DNA of 63,832 nt, filler included, from an uncultured Thermoplasmatales archaeon (GTDB lineage Archaea > Thermoplasmatota > E2 > DHVEG-1): the NCBI GenBank assembly GCA_964517155.1. It is 5 parts of 5 records of this genome, joined end to end, with 100 filler letters (N's around TTAATTAATTAA, not from the genome) between each part and the next. Parts side by side here need not be neighbours in the genome. Positions count along the whole stretch, not along the records: positions 1 to 24,179 come from CAZFAZ010000026.1; 4 more parts are not named here. One strand, written 5' to 3'. Every line of letters begins with the position of its first letter. Within the stretch, counting starts at the first letter, position 1. A model generated the notes under the pieces. It searched no databases. It had not been told where the DNA came from and worked only from the letters and a program-made list of their open reading frames with translations. Made by a program: the position numbers and the translations under genes. Positions 1 to 10,528 of the stretch are shown in pieces.

Positions 1-1
1 A

Positions 2-136
2 ACATTTGATAACTATATGGATTTAAAGTTTTATTTAGAAAATCTATTTGACTGCAAGGTTGATCTTGTAATAAAGGAAGCATTAAAAGTTGATTTAAAA
101 CCAAACATTGCTAAAAATATCACTTATTCAATCTAA
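2..136 (+). CDS. C-terminal part of a minimal nucleotidyltransferase (MNT/MntA-like), truncated by window start
   Basis: Manual translation TFDNYMDLKFYLENLFDCKVDLVIKEALKVDLKPNIAKNITYSI*; the pattern 'FDNYMDLKFYLE.LF..KVDLV' is typical of archaeal MNT C-termini. Confidence 0.75.
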   Translation, partial: TFDNYMDLKFYLENLFDCKVDLVIKEALKVDLKPNIAKNITYSI

Positions 137-202
137 AATAAAAAAAAATAAAAAGTTAAATGTAATACAAACTTATAACAGTATAAAGGGTTTAAAAATA
201 AT

Positions 203-1189
203 ATGATAGTCACAATAATAAGCATTATAATAATTATTTTTCTTATAGTAGTATCTGCCTTTTTTTCTGGTTCAGAAATGGCATTAATATCTATTGATAG
301 AGCTTTGATTGTAGATAAAGCAAGAACAGGTGATAAAAGAGCAAAGATTTTAGAAAAATTGTTAAAAAAACCAGATGATGTAGTCAGTGCAATTGTTATC
401 GGTAATAACATTGTAAATATTTTTGCATCAATTCTTGCAGGATTTGTAGCTACAAAAATATTTGGAAATGTGGGACTTGGTATTGCAACAGTAATTATGT
501 TTATTCTAGTAATAATTTTTGGCGAAGCAACACCAAAAGCTTTTGGTAGAAAAAACATAAAATGGGCTTTGAGATCAGCTAGATCTGTTCTTATTTTTAC
601 AAAAATATTTCACCCATCGGTTGTTTTTGTAAGATATATTTCAAATGGAATATTACATTTATTAGGAGAAACCAAAAAAGATAAAGATTTTGTTACAGAA
701 GAAAGCATTATGGCAATGATGAGGCTTGGAGAAGAAGAAGGAACTATAGAAAAAGATGAAAGAATTATGGTAAATGATGTTTTTGAGTTTGATGAAACAA
801 TTGTAGATGAAGTTGATATGCCAAAACATAAAATAAAGTTTATTAATCAAAATGACACAATTGAAAAACTTGTTGAAAAATCAATTGAAACTGGTTTTTC
901 AAGATTTCCAGTATACAAAGATAATTATGATGATATTGTGGGCATGGTTCATATTAAAGATTCACTTTATGTAAAAGATAAATCTACAAAAGTAAAAGAA
1001 ATTATGAGAGATGTTTTGATAGTTGAACCAAATATGAAAGCAGATGATGTATTTAGAAAAATGAAGCAGTACAAAACGCATCTTGCTGTGTTAAAAGATA
1101 AAAATGGTAATACAACAGGTTTGATTAGTATGGAGGATTTAGTTGAAGAGATTTTTGGTGAGATTAGTGACGAGCATGACCCTACTTAG
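203..1189 (+). CDS. CNNM/hemolysin-family (DUF21 + CBS pair) membrane protein
   Basis: SAFFSGSEMAL, GNNIVNI and FGEATPK (DUF21 motifs); GFSRFPVY and G.ISMEDLVEEIFGEISDEHD (CBS pair). Confidence 0.9.
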   Translation: MIVTIISIIIIIFLIVVSAFFSGSEMALISIDRALIVDKARTGDKRAKILEKLLKKPDDVVSAIVIGNNIVNIFASILAGFVATKIFGNVGLGIATVIMFILVIIFGEATPKAFGRKNIKWALRSARSVLIFTKIFHPSVVFVRYISNGILHLLGETKKDKDFVTEESIMAMMRLGEEEGTIEKDERIMVNDVFEFDETIVDEVDMPKHKIKFINQNDTIEKLVEKSIETGFSRFPVYKDNYDDIVGMVHIKDSLYVKDKSTKVKEIMRDVLIVEPNMKADDVFRKMKQYKTHLAVLKDKNGNTTGLISMEDLVEEIFGEISDEHDPT

Positions 1190-1283
1190 TCTTTAATATT
1201 TATTAGACTATAAATTAAATAAAACCAAGCCCATAAAACCATAACATAATATTTTTATAAAGATTAAAGATGAAGGATGCTGT

Positions 1284-1721
1284 ATGCGTTCGAAAATAAT
1301 CACTATTTGGTTTATATTAATAATATCAACCTTTTTGCCATTTTGTCCAATATCTGCTAATGCATATGATGCAGCCCAACAAGAAAACACATCTGAAGAA
1401 AAAACTAATGAAAACTCAGAGGTTTGGTATAAAATTCAAGCAAATCTTTTCATAACTCCAGAGTTTAAAAATTACCCATTTGATTTCCAAAATTTAAAAA
1501 TTATTATCGAAGATTCAAAATACAACAGTTCTATATTTACATATTTGCAATTAACAGACGTAAAAGGCATAGATGATCGTTTTAAATTATCTGAGTGGAA
1601 TATTCAAGGATATTCTCTAAATTTAGAAAAACATGAATGCCACTGGAGCGAAGAATACTGGAAAAAAGTTAATTACACAAAACAGATAAACAGATTTGGT
1701 GCAATACTTACAATTATTTAG
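1284..1721 (+). pseudogene. Truncated pentameric ligand-gated ion channel-like extracellular domain with signal peptide
   Basis: Signal peptide; Pro-loop motif FKNYPFDFQNLKIIIE and LSEWNI; stop codon where TM helix M1 would begin. Confidence 0.55.
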
Positions 1722-1735
1722 TTTGATTAAAGTAA

Positions 1736-2947
1736 ATGTTAAAAAATCATAGAGACCAAATGTTAAATGATATAACTGATGCATTAATTATGATTTTCAA
1801 AGAAAACATTTATGCATCAAAAGCAATAATGAAAACTTTTAAAAATCATAGAGAATGGGATAATCAAACTAAAGATTATTTTCTAGATGCTGTTTATGAT
1901 ATTGTTAGATACTGGCGACTTCTTTGGTTTTTACTTAAAAAAGAACCAAACTTGGAAAAAAAAGATTTACTAAGGCTAATACAAACATATTTTTACTATA
2001 AAGAAAAACGAATTATTGACATAAAAGAAATAAAGAATATTGATTACAAAGAATTGGAAAAAACACTAATATCTGCTAAAGATGTTAGGACTTTGAGAGA
2101 ATCAATTCCAGATTGGCTGGATCAACTTGGAACAGATGAAATCGGAGAAAGATGGAATCAGAGTATTAATGCTTTAAATCAAAAACCAAATATTGTTATT
2201 AGAACAAACACTTTGAAAACTAATAGAGATGAATTAATAACAAATCTTAAAAATGAAAAAATAAGTTGTGATAAAATAGACCATATGCCTGATGCATTAA
2301 TAATAAAAGATAAAACCAATATTTTCAGGCTACAAAGTTTTAAAGAAGGATTTTTTGAAATGCAAAGTGAAGCATCACAGATGGTTTCAATACTCTTGGA
2401 TCCAAAACCAGGTATGCGAGTAGTAGATGCATGTGCAGGGGAAGGCAGTAAAACACTTCATAGTTCTGCGTTGATGAAAAATAAAGGAAAAATCATAGCT
2501 ATGGATACCCAAGAATGGAAATTAAAAGAGCTAAGAAGAAGAGCTGTTAAAGCCAGTGCAGAAAATATAGAAACAAGAATTATAGATTCTTCAAAAGCGT
2601 ACAAACGCCTAAAAGACACAGCAGACAGACTACTACTTGATGCTCCTTGCTCAGGAACTGGAACACTTAGAAGAAATCCTGATATTAAATGGAAGCTTAA
2701 TATTGAGGCTCTAAAAAGACTAAAGGAACTCCAAAAAGATTTACTTGATAGATATTCATCATTGCTAAGAATAGATGGATATATGGTTTATTCTGTGTGT
2801 AGCATTCTACCATCAGAGGGGGAAAAACAAATAAAAGAGTTCCTTGAAAAACATAGCAATGATTTCAAGCTTATCAAAGAAAAAAGATATTGGCCGGATA
2901 CTAATGAAACAGATGGTTTTTATATAGCATTACTCAAAAGGACATAA
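1736..2947 (+). CDS. RsmB/NOP2 (Sun/Fmu) family RNA cytosine-5 methyltransferase
   Basis: VVDACAGEGSKT, LLDAPCSGTGTLRRNPD and YSVCS motifs. Confidence 0.92.
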   Translation: MLKNHRDQMLNDITDALIMIFKENIYASKAIMKTFKNHREWDNQTKDYFLDAVYDIVRYWRLLWFLLKKEPNLEKKDLLRLIQTYFYYKEKRIIDIKEIKNIDYKELEKTLISAKDVRTLRESIPDWLDQLGTDEIGERWNQSINALNQKPNIVIRTNTLKTNRDELITNLKNEKISCDKIDHMPDALIIKDKTNIFRLQSFKEGFFEMQSEASQMVSILLDPKPGMRVVDACAGEGSKTLHSSALMKNKGKIIAMDTQEWKLKELRRRAVKASAENIETRIIDSSKAYKRLKDTADRLLLDAPCSGTGTLRRNPDIKWKLNIEALKRLKELQKDLLDRYSSLLRIDGYMVYSVCSILPSEGEKQIKEFLEKHSNDFKLIKEKRYWPDTNETDGFYIALLKRT

Positions 2948-3063
2948 ATTATTAAAAAAACATAACAAAAAAATTAATATAACCTGGATAAAATGCCAAC
3001 TTAACTAAAAATAAATATTGTTTATGTAAATTATTAATTTGAGATAGGGATGCCAGACGAAAT

Positions 3064-3645
3064 ATGAACCTAGAAAACTTATTTAATTCAGATATCTTCA
3101 AATGGATGATACTACCAATACTAATTTTTACGGCACGTTTAGTTGATGTAAGTCTTGGAACAATAAGAATTATTTTTATTTCACGAGGTCTTAAATATAT
3201 CGCGCCCTTAATTGCGTTTATTGAGATTAATATATGGCTACTTGCAGTTGCACAAATTATTATGAATCTAAGCAATCCGTTATATGCAATGGCCTACGCT
3301 GGTGGTTTTGCAATGGGTAATCTTGTAGGTATGGTTATAGAAGAAAAAATATCAATAGGTTCAGTTATTGTTCGCATCATTGTTAAACATGATGGCGACA
3401 AAATATATGATCATCTAACATCTGAAAAATATGGTGTCACAATGGTTGATGCAAAAGGAATCGAGGGAGATGTTAAACTCATTTTGGTAGTAATCCGCCG
3501 CGGTGATCTTAAAAAAATATTAGACCATATCAAAACTATTCATCCTCATGCGTTTTATACAGTTGAAGATACAAGAACCGTGAAAGATGCTGTACTACCC
3601 GTAGCCAGAAGAGGGTTATTTAGATTTTATAGAAAAGCAAAATAA
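3064..3645 (+). CDS. DUF2179/UPF0316 membrane protein
   Basis: RLVDVSLGTIR, YAGGFAMGN.VG and HPHAFYTVED. Confidence 0.85.
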   Translation: MNLENLFNSDIFKWMILPILIFTARLVDVSLGTIRIIFISRGLKYIAPLIAFIEINIWLLAVAQIIMNLSNPLYAMAYAGGFAMGNLVGMVIEEKISIGSVIVRIIVKHDGDKIYDHLTSEKYGVTMVDAKGIEGDVKLILVVIRRGDLKKILDHIKTIHPHAFYTVEDTRTVKDAVLPVARRGLFRFYRKAK

Positions 3646-3646
3646 A

Positions 3647-5026
3647 TTAAAATATTAAAAACTCCAATGCAAGAACCCCTAAGCATACCAACAAGGTCAA
3701 TGGGGTGATAATTAAACCATATTTTATAAATTCTTTAAAAGAAAAATTAACATTTTTATTTCTAAGAATTGTAATCCACATAATACCTGCTAAAGCACCA
3801 AGAGGTGTAATGTTTGCTCCAAGATTAGAGCCAATTACAGTTGCAAATATAGCTGGATAAGACAATAAACCTACAGATGATTGAATAATAGGGACATATG
3901 CAACAGTCATTGGGATATTATTAATTATATTTGCCAGAAAACTAGAAGAGAAACCAAAAAGAAAAACACTAGATACAACAGACTCACCAATTATACTTTT
4001 GAAAAAAAGACCAATATCTGTAGTAACACCATATACTCTTAAAGCTTCTACTGATATAAACATAGCTAAAACAAAAGGAATAATGCCAATAGGCATACGC
4101 CTTAGTGTTTTTGCAACTTTAAATGATTGCCAATCTATGTTTTTTCTAATTATTTTTGCATAAGAATCCCTTATAATTAAAAGAATTAACAAAACAACTG
4201 CAAAACCAACTGATACTACCCATAAATCAATAAAAAAGTAAGGAGCAAGTGCAAGAAAAAAAATGCAACCAAAAAGAACAACAACTCCTAAAATTGCCCC
4301 TAGTTTATCAGTTAAAGCATCAGCAGGACGAACAACTTTTACCTGTTTAACATTTATTTGTAATCTTTTTCTAAAAACCCAGTAAAGAAGCACAAGATTT
4401 GTCAAACCAGCAACAAAACTTGGAAGAAACATCCATTTAAAATATTCTAAAAAATCAATCTGAAAAGCTGTTGCAAGAACAATATTTGTAGGATTACCGA
4501 TGTAAAGCATCATACTCCAGGTATTTGCTGCAAAAAACTCTGCTATAAGATAAGGAATTGGATCGATTTTTGCATGTTTCGTAAAATAATAAATAAAAGG
4601 TGTAAAAGTAAGAATCACAATATCATTTGATGTAAAAATCGTAAGAATTGATATAACAAAATAAAACGATAAAAAAAGTAATTTCCCATTGTTTTTAGAA
4701 AGTTTTAATGCGATACGTGCACAATACTCAAAAAAGCCTGTGATATCTAGATATATGCTCATAAAAACCATTGATAGAAAAAGAACCAATACGCCAAACG
4801 GGTTAAGAGCCCCCTGACCACCCAAACCACCAATTATTTGAGAATAATTCAAAAGACCAAAAATAATAATTAAAAAAGGTGCTAGAAGTGCACCGATAAT
4901 ATATGTATCAAGTTTTATTTTTCTGTTTATAAGACGGATATAAAAAAAAGGTCTTCGCATAATAAGAAAAATCATAATTAGAATGGATAAGATAAAGATA
5001 AATTCAACAATGATTTTATCATTCAT
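3647..5026 (-). CDS. ArsB/NhaD (ion transporter superfamily) permease
   Basis: Multi-TM; SNDIVIL, YIGNPTN, INNIPMT and GSNLGANITPLGALAG. Confidence 0.85.
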   Translation of the reverse strand: MNDKIIVEFIFILSILIMIFLIMRRPFFYIRLINRKIKLDTYIIGALLAPFLIIIFGLLNYSQIIGGLGGQGALNPFGVLVLFLSMVFMSIYLDITGFFEYCARIALKLSKNNGKLLFLSFYFVISILTIFTSNDIVILTFTPFIYYFTKHAKIDPIPYLIAEFFAANTWSMMLYIGNPTNIVLATAFQIDFLEYFKWMFLPSFVAGLTNLVLLYWVFRKRLQINVKQVKVVRPADALTDKLGAILGVVVLFGCIFFLALAPYFFIDLWVVSVGFAVVLLILLIIRDSYAKIIRKNIDWQSFKVAKTLRRMPIGIIPFVLAMFISVEALRVYGVTTDIGLFFKSIIGESVVSSVFLFGFSSSFLANIINNIPMTVAYVPIIQSSVGLLSYPAIFATVIGSNLGANITPLGALAGIMWITILRNKNVNFSFKEFIKYGLIITPLTLLVCLGVLALEFLIF

Positions 5027-5079
5027 TTTAAAAACCCAAGAAACAAAATCTCTCTAAAAATCTTTGTATAAAATAAGCA

Positions 5080-6051
5080 CTACCCGCGATACAAGATAAA
5101 TACAAGATAAAACACATACACAACTAGAAACACTACACCTTCCCAACGCTCTAAAAGATGCTTCTTTCTGCCAGTAAACATAGTAATAAACAAAAGAAGC
5201 GGCGCCAAAATAACAACAAAAATATCAATATTACTTGCTACATTAAAAGACAAAGGTTTAATCATCGAGCTGACCCCGATTATCAATAAAATATTAAAGA
5301 TATTTGAACCAACAATGTTTCCAATTGCAATATCTGAATTCTTTTTTATGGCAGCCATAGCAGATGTTACAAGTTCAGGAAGAGATGTGCCAAGAGCAAC
5401 AATGGTAAGACCAATTAAAGATTGACTTACACCTAAAAATGAAGATATTTGTACTGCTCCATCAACAACCCATTTAGCACCAATATTTAGACCAACAAAA
5501 CCAATAACTATCAAAATAATTGATTTAGAGAAACTATACTTTTTGACATCTAAATCTCGCACCTCTTTATTTTTATCTCTGTGTTTTTTAGAAGATCTGA
5601 AAATATAATACATAAAAACAGCGAAAAAAATCAAAAGAATCAAACCATCAATCCTACTAATCTGAGCATTCCCCTCGTTAAAAAACAATGTATCGTTTGC
5701 TAAAAAACCGAAGAGTACTGTTACAAATAAACAAAAAGGAATTTCCTTCCAAACAGTATCCTTAGTTACCAACAATGGATAAATTATAGAAGAGATACCA
5801 AGAATAACTAAAATATTTATAATATTACTACCAACAACATTACCTATTGCAATCTGAGTATTACCATTTATACTTGCAAAAATATTTACAATAAGTTCAG
5901 GTGCCGAAGTTCCAAAAGCAACAAGGGTAAGGCCAATTATCAGATCAGAAACGTTTAATTTCTTTGCAATAGCAGATGCACCATCGACAAGAAAATCTGC
6001 ACCTTTAACTAGAAACAGAAAGCCGATGATAAACAGAATATATTCTAACAC
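5080..6051 (-). CDS. Na+/Ca2+ antiporter (YrbG/CaCA family)
   Basis: Two alpha repeats GTSAPE...GNVVGSNIIN and GTSLPE...GNIVGSNIFN. Confidence 0.93.
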   Translation of the reverse strand: MLEYILFIIGFLFLVKGADFLVDGASAIAKKLNVSDLIIGLTLVAFGTSAPELIVNIFASINGNTQIAIGNVVGSNIINILVILGISSIIYPLLVTKDTVWKEIPFCLFVTVLFGFLANDTLFFNEGNAQISRIDGLILLIFFAVFMYYIFRSSKKHRDKNKEVRDLDVKKYSFSKSIILIVIGFVGLNIGAKWVVDGAVQISSFLGVSQSLIGLTIVALGTSLPELVTSAMAAIKKNSDIAIGNIVGSNIFNILLIIGVSSMIKPLSFNVASNIDIFVVILAPLLLFITMFTGRKKHLLERWEGVVFLVVYVFYLVFILYRG

Positions 6052-6097
6052 ACCCCTAAATTAAAAATCAAGAATATAAATCTTTATCGAATGAAAT

Positions 6098-6762
6098 TTA
6101 TCTAATTGTGGTAAACTTTAAAATAACATTATCACCCTTAAATTTCTCCTGTATACTATCAATAAAAGCAAGCTCTTCAGATATCTTAACAATGCCTTTC
6201 CAATCATATTCAAAATCATGTTCACCCATATGATACTTCAAACCCATCTCTTTTAATTTATTAAAAACAATAGATGGTTCTTTCGATTTAGACTTCTTAA
6301 AAAATAAAATAACAATAATTACAATAATATATTACTTGTTTCTGAAGTTTTTTGAATTTGATACTGTACTAAAACTGAAAAAGGTTTGTTTTCACCAAAT
6401 CCTCTAACTATAAGATTACCGTTGCCTGTTTCAATTCTAAACTCTGCTGATTTAACATAATTTATAGAAGAACCTATAGGTAATTCTAAAGCATACACAA
6501 AACTATAAAAAACTTCATCTTTTGTAATGTTTAAAAGCCAATAACTTTGTTTTTTTGACGTATAACTTTCTGTATTTTCAACTAATAAATCAGGGTGATT
6601 AGTAACACCTTTAATTGTTACAAAACCTGAAGAGTCAACAGTTATCGTTACATCTGCATAATATTGAACTTCGGCAGATACTGATAAAAGAGGAAAGATT
6701 AAAAATGAGCAAAGAAGAACAACTATAAAAATCTTAATTAGGTATTTATTTTTTAAATTCAT
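6098..6762 (-). pseudogene. Secreted/membrane protein interrupted by a frameshift at about 6320; the alternative frame continues to 6098
   Basis: ORF 6319-6762 has a signal peptide and stops inside a hydrophobic stretch; the neighbouring frame reads IVIIVILFFKKSKSKEPSIVFNKLKEMGLKYHMGEHDFEYDWKG...KFTTIR*. Confidence 0.45.
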
Positions 6763-7210
6763 TTTTGTCTCCTAACCACTCAATTATCTGTAATAATATG
6801 AGTTATAATAAAACAATTGCTTTTTACAATTTTTGCAAAGCTTTAAGAAAAAACATAAAGAATAACTTATGTTTTTTTTACTACTTTTGCTTTATCAAAT
6901 GTGTGTAACAAGGATAGAATTTTTCAACTGATTCAAGTTTCCAAAGAATAAAACCTAAATCATCCCTCTCTACATTTTCAGGTTTAATTTTAATTTCATG
7001 CATTTTTAAAACCCCTTCTTACAATCTATATTAATTCTATCATTACTAGTTTAAATACTTTTTTATTATTATTTTTTAAAAATATAATTGAATGCAACAT
7101 TTATTACAAAAATATGTAAAAAATTAATATTTTGTTGCAAAATAAAAAATCATAATGTATTTCTAGGGAAAAACAATATAACTAACAAAAAAACAAAAAA
7201 ATGTTTTAAA

Positions 7211-7594
7211 ATGAAACAAGCCAAAGTAATCTTTAAAATAAAAAATGAAGAACTAATACTAGAATGCAATCTTGCAAAAACCCTTCTAGAGCAAACAAAA
7301 GGTTTGATGAATATAGAGCACCTGCCAGAAAACAAAGGAATGCTTTTTGACTTTAAGATACCCTGGCATCGTTTTTTCTGGATGAAAAATGTAAAAATAC
7401 CGCTTGACATCATATTTGTAAACAAAAGTTTAGAAATATTACATATATCTGAAGCAAATGTTGAAAAAAGACTGTTTTACAAAAACTACTGGAGCCATGG
7501 CTTCTGCAAATATGTAATAGAGACAAATATCGGTTTTTGTAAAAAAAATAATATTTCAAAAGGCATAAAAATCAAAATAAAAAAAGAGAATTAA
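7211..7594 (+). CDS. DUF192 family protein (probable start 7211)
   Basis: GLM....LPENKGMLFDF, FWMKNVKIPLDIIF and YVIETNIG motifs. Confidence 0.88.
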   Translation: MKQAKVIFKIKNEELILECNLAKTLLEQTKGLMNIEHLPENKGMLFDFKIPWHRFFWMKNVKIPLDIIFVNKSLEILHISEANVEKRLFYKNYWSHGFCKYVIETNIGFCKKNNISKGIKIKIKKEN

Positions 7595-7611
7595 GCAGGA
7601 AATAATCCTGC
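7595..7611. terminator. Short hairpin between convergent genes
   Basis: GCAGGA-aataa-TCCTGC inverted repeat. Confidence 0.4.
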
Positions 7612-7625
7612 AATATTAGTTTTTA

Positions 7626-8261
7626 TTATTCGGTTTCTTCTTCATCTACAACAGTTACTGTTTCTGATGCTTCACCCGTAAGTCCATCATCATCTGTAAC
7701 CTCTACTTTTACAACAAAGTCCGCTGTTTCGTTAAAGGTATATTCAAATTCAGATGTGTTTCCGCCCTGTAAAACATCATCTACATACCATGCATATGCT
7801 GTATCACTAACATTTGCATCACCCATTGTAACAGTAGCTGTAAATGTTGCTGCAGTTCCGTTTATAATCTCATCGGGCATTGTCATTTCAACTGTTGGCG
7901 GATTCGGAGCGGGTATCTCTTCTTCTATAGTTACCTCAGCGGTATATGCAGCACTATCAACAGTACCGTCATTCACAACCAAAGTAACTGTGTATGTACC
8001 ATAATCCGCATATGTATAAATTGGATCAACACCTGTATCTGTTCCTTCATCATCGCCAAAATCCCAAGAATACGTCAATGTGTCTTCATCTGCATCAGTT
8101 GAGGTTGAGGCATCAAAATTTACAGTCAATCCATCTGCAGTCCAAGTAAACATTGCTTCAGGCGCTGTATTCTCTGTAGTAGTTTCTTCTTCTACGCAAC
8201 CGCTTAATATTCCTATAAGCAGCACTATGCTTACTGCTGCTATCAACAATTTTTTATTCAC
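7626..8261 (-). CDS. PKD-domain lipoprotein (two PKD/Ig-like domains); probable GTG start at 8261
   Basis: GGAGG SD before GTG; lipobox LSGC; YSWDFGD PKD motif; acidic. Confidence 0.8.
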   Translation of the reverse strand: MNKKLLIAAVSIVLLIGILSGCVEEETTTENTAPEAMFTWTADGLTVNFDASTSTDADEDTLTYSWDFGDDEGTDTGVDPIYTYADYGTYTVTLVVNDGTVDSAAYTAEVTIEEEIPAPNPPTVEMTMPDEIINGTAATFTATVTMGDANVSDTAYAWYVDDVLQGGNTSEFEYTFNETADFVVKVEVTDDDGLTGEASETVTVVDEEETE

Positions 8262-8595
8262 TTTTCTCTCCTCCAAACTATTTGTATATAGCTCTATATT
8301 TTCTATATAGATTAAAAAGAAGGTATTTATTATTTTTGTATTTTTTACAATTTGACAGATTCTCCAAGAAGTTTTATATATAATAATTACCAAAAAAACA
8401 AACATGCCAAATAATAAAAAGAAAAAAATAAAGACTACACGCAAATATTCTTTTGGCTATATTATTGGAGATTATTACTAAAAAAATGCAGTTTTTTAGA
8501 TGTTTTTTGCAATTATAAATGAATAATTTTATAATTACTATTTCTATTACAGACTCTGGGTGCATAAGTTCTCCCATAAATGGAGGGAAAACGTT

Positions 8596-10527
8596 TTGAT
8601 AAAAATAACCGCACATGAACTTGCTAAAAAACAAAAAGAAATCTCTGTTGCAGAGTTTTTTGAAAGAAACAAACATATACTTGGATTTGGAAACCAAACC
8701 AGAGCACTTATAACTAGTGTTAAGGAAGGCGTCGATAATTCATTAGATGCCTGTGAAGAAGCAAATATCCTCCCAGATATTTACGTTGAAATAAAAAACC
8801 ATACCGATGGAGAATGCAGAATTATAATAGAGGATAACGGACCCGGTATAGTAAAACAGCAGATTCCCCATATATTCGGCCGGCTTTTATACGGCTCACG
8901 TTTCCATGCTATACTTCAAAGCAGAGGTCAGCAAGGAATTGGTATTTCTGCTGTAGTATTATATGGACAATTAACAACCGGCAAACATGCAGTTATCACA
9001 TCTAAAATAGAAGAAGACAGACCAGCATTTATAAATGAAATTGCAATAGATACAAATAAAAACCGTGCTGATGTAATAGCTCGAGATACCGTACATTGGG
9101 ATAAACCAACAGGCACACGTATAGAAGCAAGTATTGTTGCTGATTTTACACGTGGTAAAAAATATGTATATGACTATCTGCAGAGTACTTCAATTGTTAA
9201 TCCTCATGCACAAATAACATACAAAGAACCAGATGGAACAGTTCATATTTTTGAAAGAACTTCAGACGTACTTCCAAGAAAAGCAGTTGAAATAAAACCT
9301 CATCCATATGGAGTAGAACTGGGAACACTAATCAAAATGGCTAAAAACACAAAAGCTCGTCAGCTTAACTCGTTTCTTAAAACAGAATTCAGCAGTATGG
9401 GTGATAGAACTACAAATACGGCGATTGCAGAAGCAGGCCTTGAAAAAAACATGAATCCTAAAACTATGACCCGCGAGCAATTTCTTGAACTTCATAAAGC
9501 TTTTAAAAAAGTAAAAATCATGGCACCTTCAACAGATTGCTTATCACCAATTGGCGAAACACTTATAAAACGCAGTCTTAAACATGAAACACAAGAGATA
9601 TCACCTGAATTTATAATCACTGCCTCAAGGCCGGCATCAGTTTACTCCGGAAATCCTTTTCAAATTGAAGTAGGTCTTGTGTATGGTGGAAATCTTCCTA
9701 AAGATGATAGTGTTAAAATAATGCGTTTTGCAAACCGAGTACCCCTACTATATCAGCAAGGAGGCTGCGTTATAACATCTGCGATATCATCGATTGACTG
9801 GCGCAGATATGGTTTAACTCAACCTTCAGGTAAAGGCATACCCTCAGGACCTGCGATATTTTTAGCTCATGTATCTTCAACTCAAATTCCATTTACATCA
9901 GAAAGCAAAGAGGCAATATCTGATGTATCTGAAATTGAAAACGAAGTAAAACTTGCGTTTCGTGAATGTGCCCGTAAGGTTCAAAAACATATCGATAAAA
10001 AAGTAAGAAGAACAAAAACACGTGAAAAATTTGATTTAATCACAAGAATCTTACCTGAGATTGCGAAAAAATCTGCTCATATGCTAGATAAACCAGTTCC
10101 CAGTCTAGATCCTATTATTACAAAAATTATGGATGTGGTATGGATTGAAGATCTTGTAGAATATGAAAAAGTTAGCAGAGCGCCTGTTCAAACAACTCTT
10201 GTTCAGGAAGGAGTAGAAAAACCACATGAGAGTGTTATAACAAAAAGTAGAATTATGGTTGTAAACTACAAACGAAGTCCTCAAACGTTTAATCTTTACG
10301 CAATAATTCCTCAAGATTCTGTTGTGGGAAATGTACAGCCAAAACCTGTAAAAATTACTAATAACTATATTAAATGGAGTCTTGACGGCATAAAACCTGC
10401 AAATAAAGTTGATGTTAATTTTGAGCTTGCAGGACTTGAGAAAGGCGATTTTGATGAAAACGATTTATATATAGAAAATATCAATCCAACCTATGTAATT
10501 GGTGCCGATAAATGGGAGGGCAATTAA
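8596..10527 (+). CDS. top6B: DNA topoisomerase VI subunit B (probable TTG start at 8596)
   Basis: [37 protein letters not shown] and [22 protein letters not shown] at 8582. Confidence 0.97.
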   Translation: MIKITAHELAKKQKEISVAEFFERNKHILGFGNQTRALITSVKEGVDNSLDACEEANILPDIYVEIKNHTDGECRIIIEDNGPGIVKQQIPHIFGRLLYGSRFHAILQSRGQQGIGISAVVLYGQLTTGKHAVITSKIEEDRPAFINEIAIDTNKNRADVIARDTVHWDKPTGTRIEASIVADFTRGKKYVYDYLQSTSIVNPHAQITYKEPDGTVHIFERTSDVLPRKAVEIKPHPYGVELGTLIKMAKNTKARQLNSFLKTEFSSMGDRTTNTAIAEAGLEKNMNPKTMTREQFLELHKAFKKVKIMAPSTDCLSPIGETLIKRSLKHETQEISPEFIITASRPASVYSGNPFQIEVGLVYGGNLPKDDSVKIMRFANRVPLLYQQGGCVITSAISSIDWRRYGLTQPSGKGIPSGPAIFLAHVSSTQIPFTSESKEAISDVSEIENEVKLAFRECARKVQKHIDKKVRRTKTREKFDLITRILPEIAKKSAHMLDKPVPSLDPIITKIMDVVWIEDLVEYEKVSRAPVQTTLVQEGVEKPHESVITKSRIMVVNYKRSPQTFNLYAIIPQDSVVGNVQPKPVKITNNYIKWSLDGIKPANKVDVNFELAGLEKGDFDENDLYIENINPTYVIGADKWEGN

Positions 10528-10528
10528 G

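Noticed and set aside
6881..7003. 40-aa minus-strand ORF with SD (MHEIKIKPENVERDDLGF...)
   Set aside because: No motif or supporting context; may be a gene remnant
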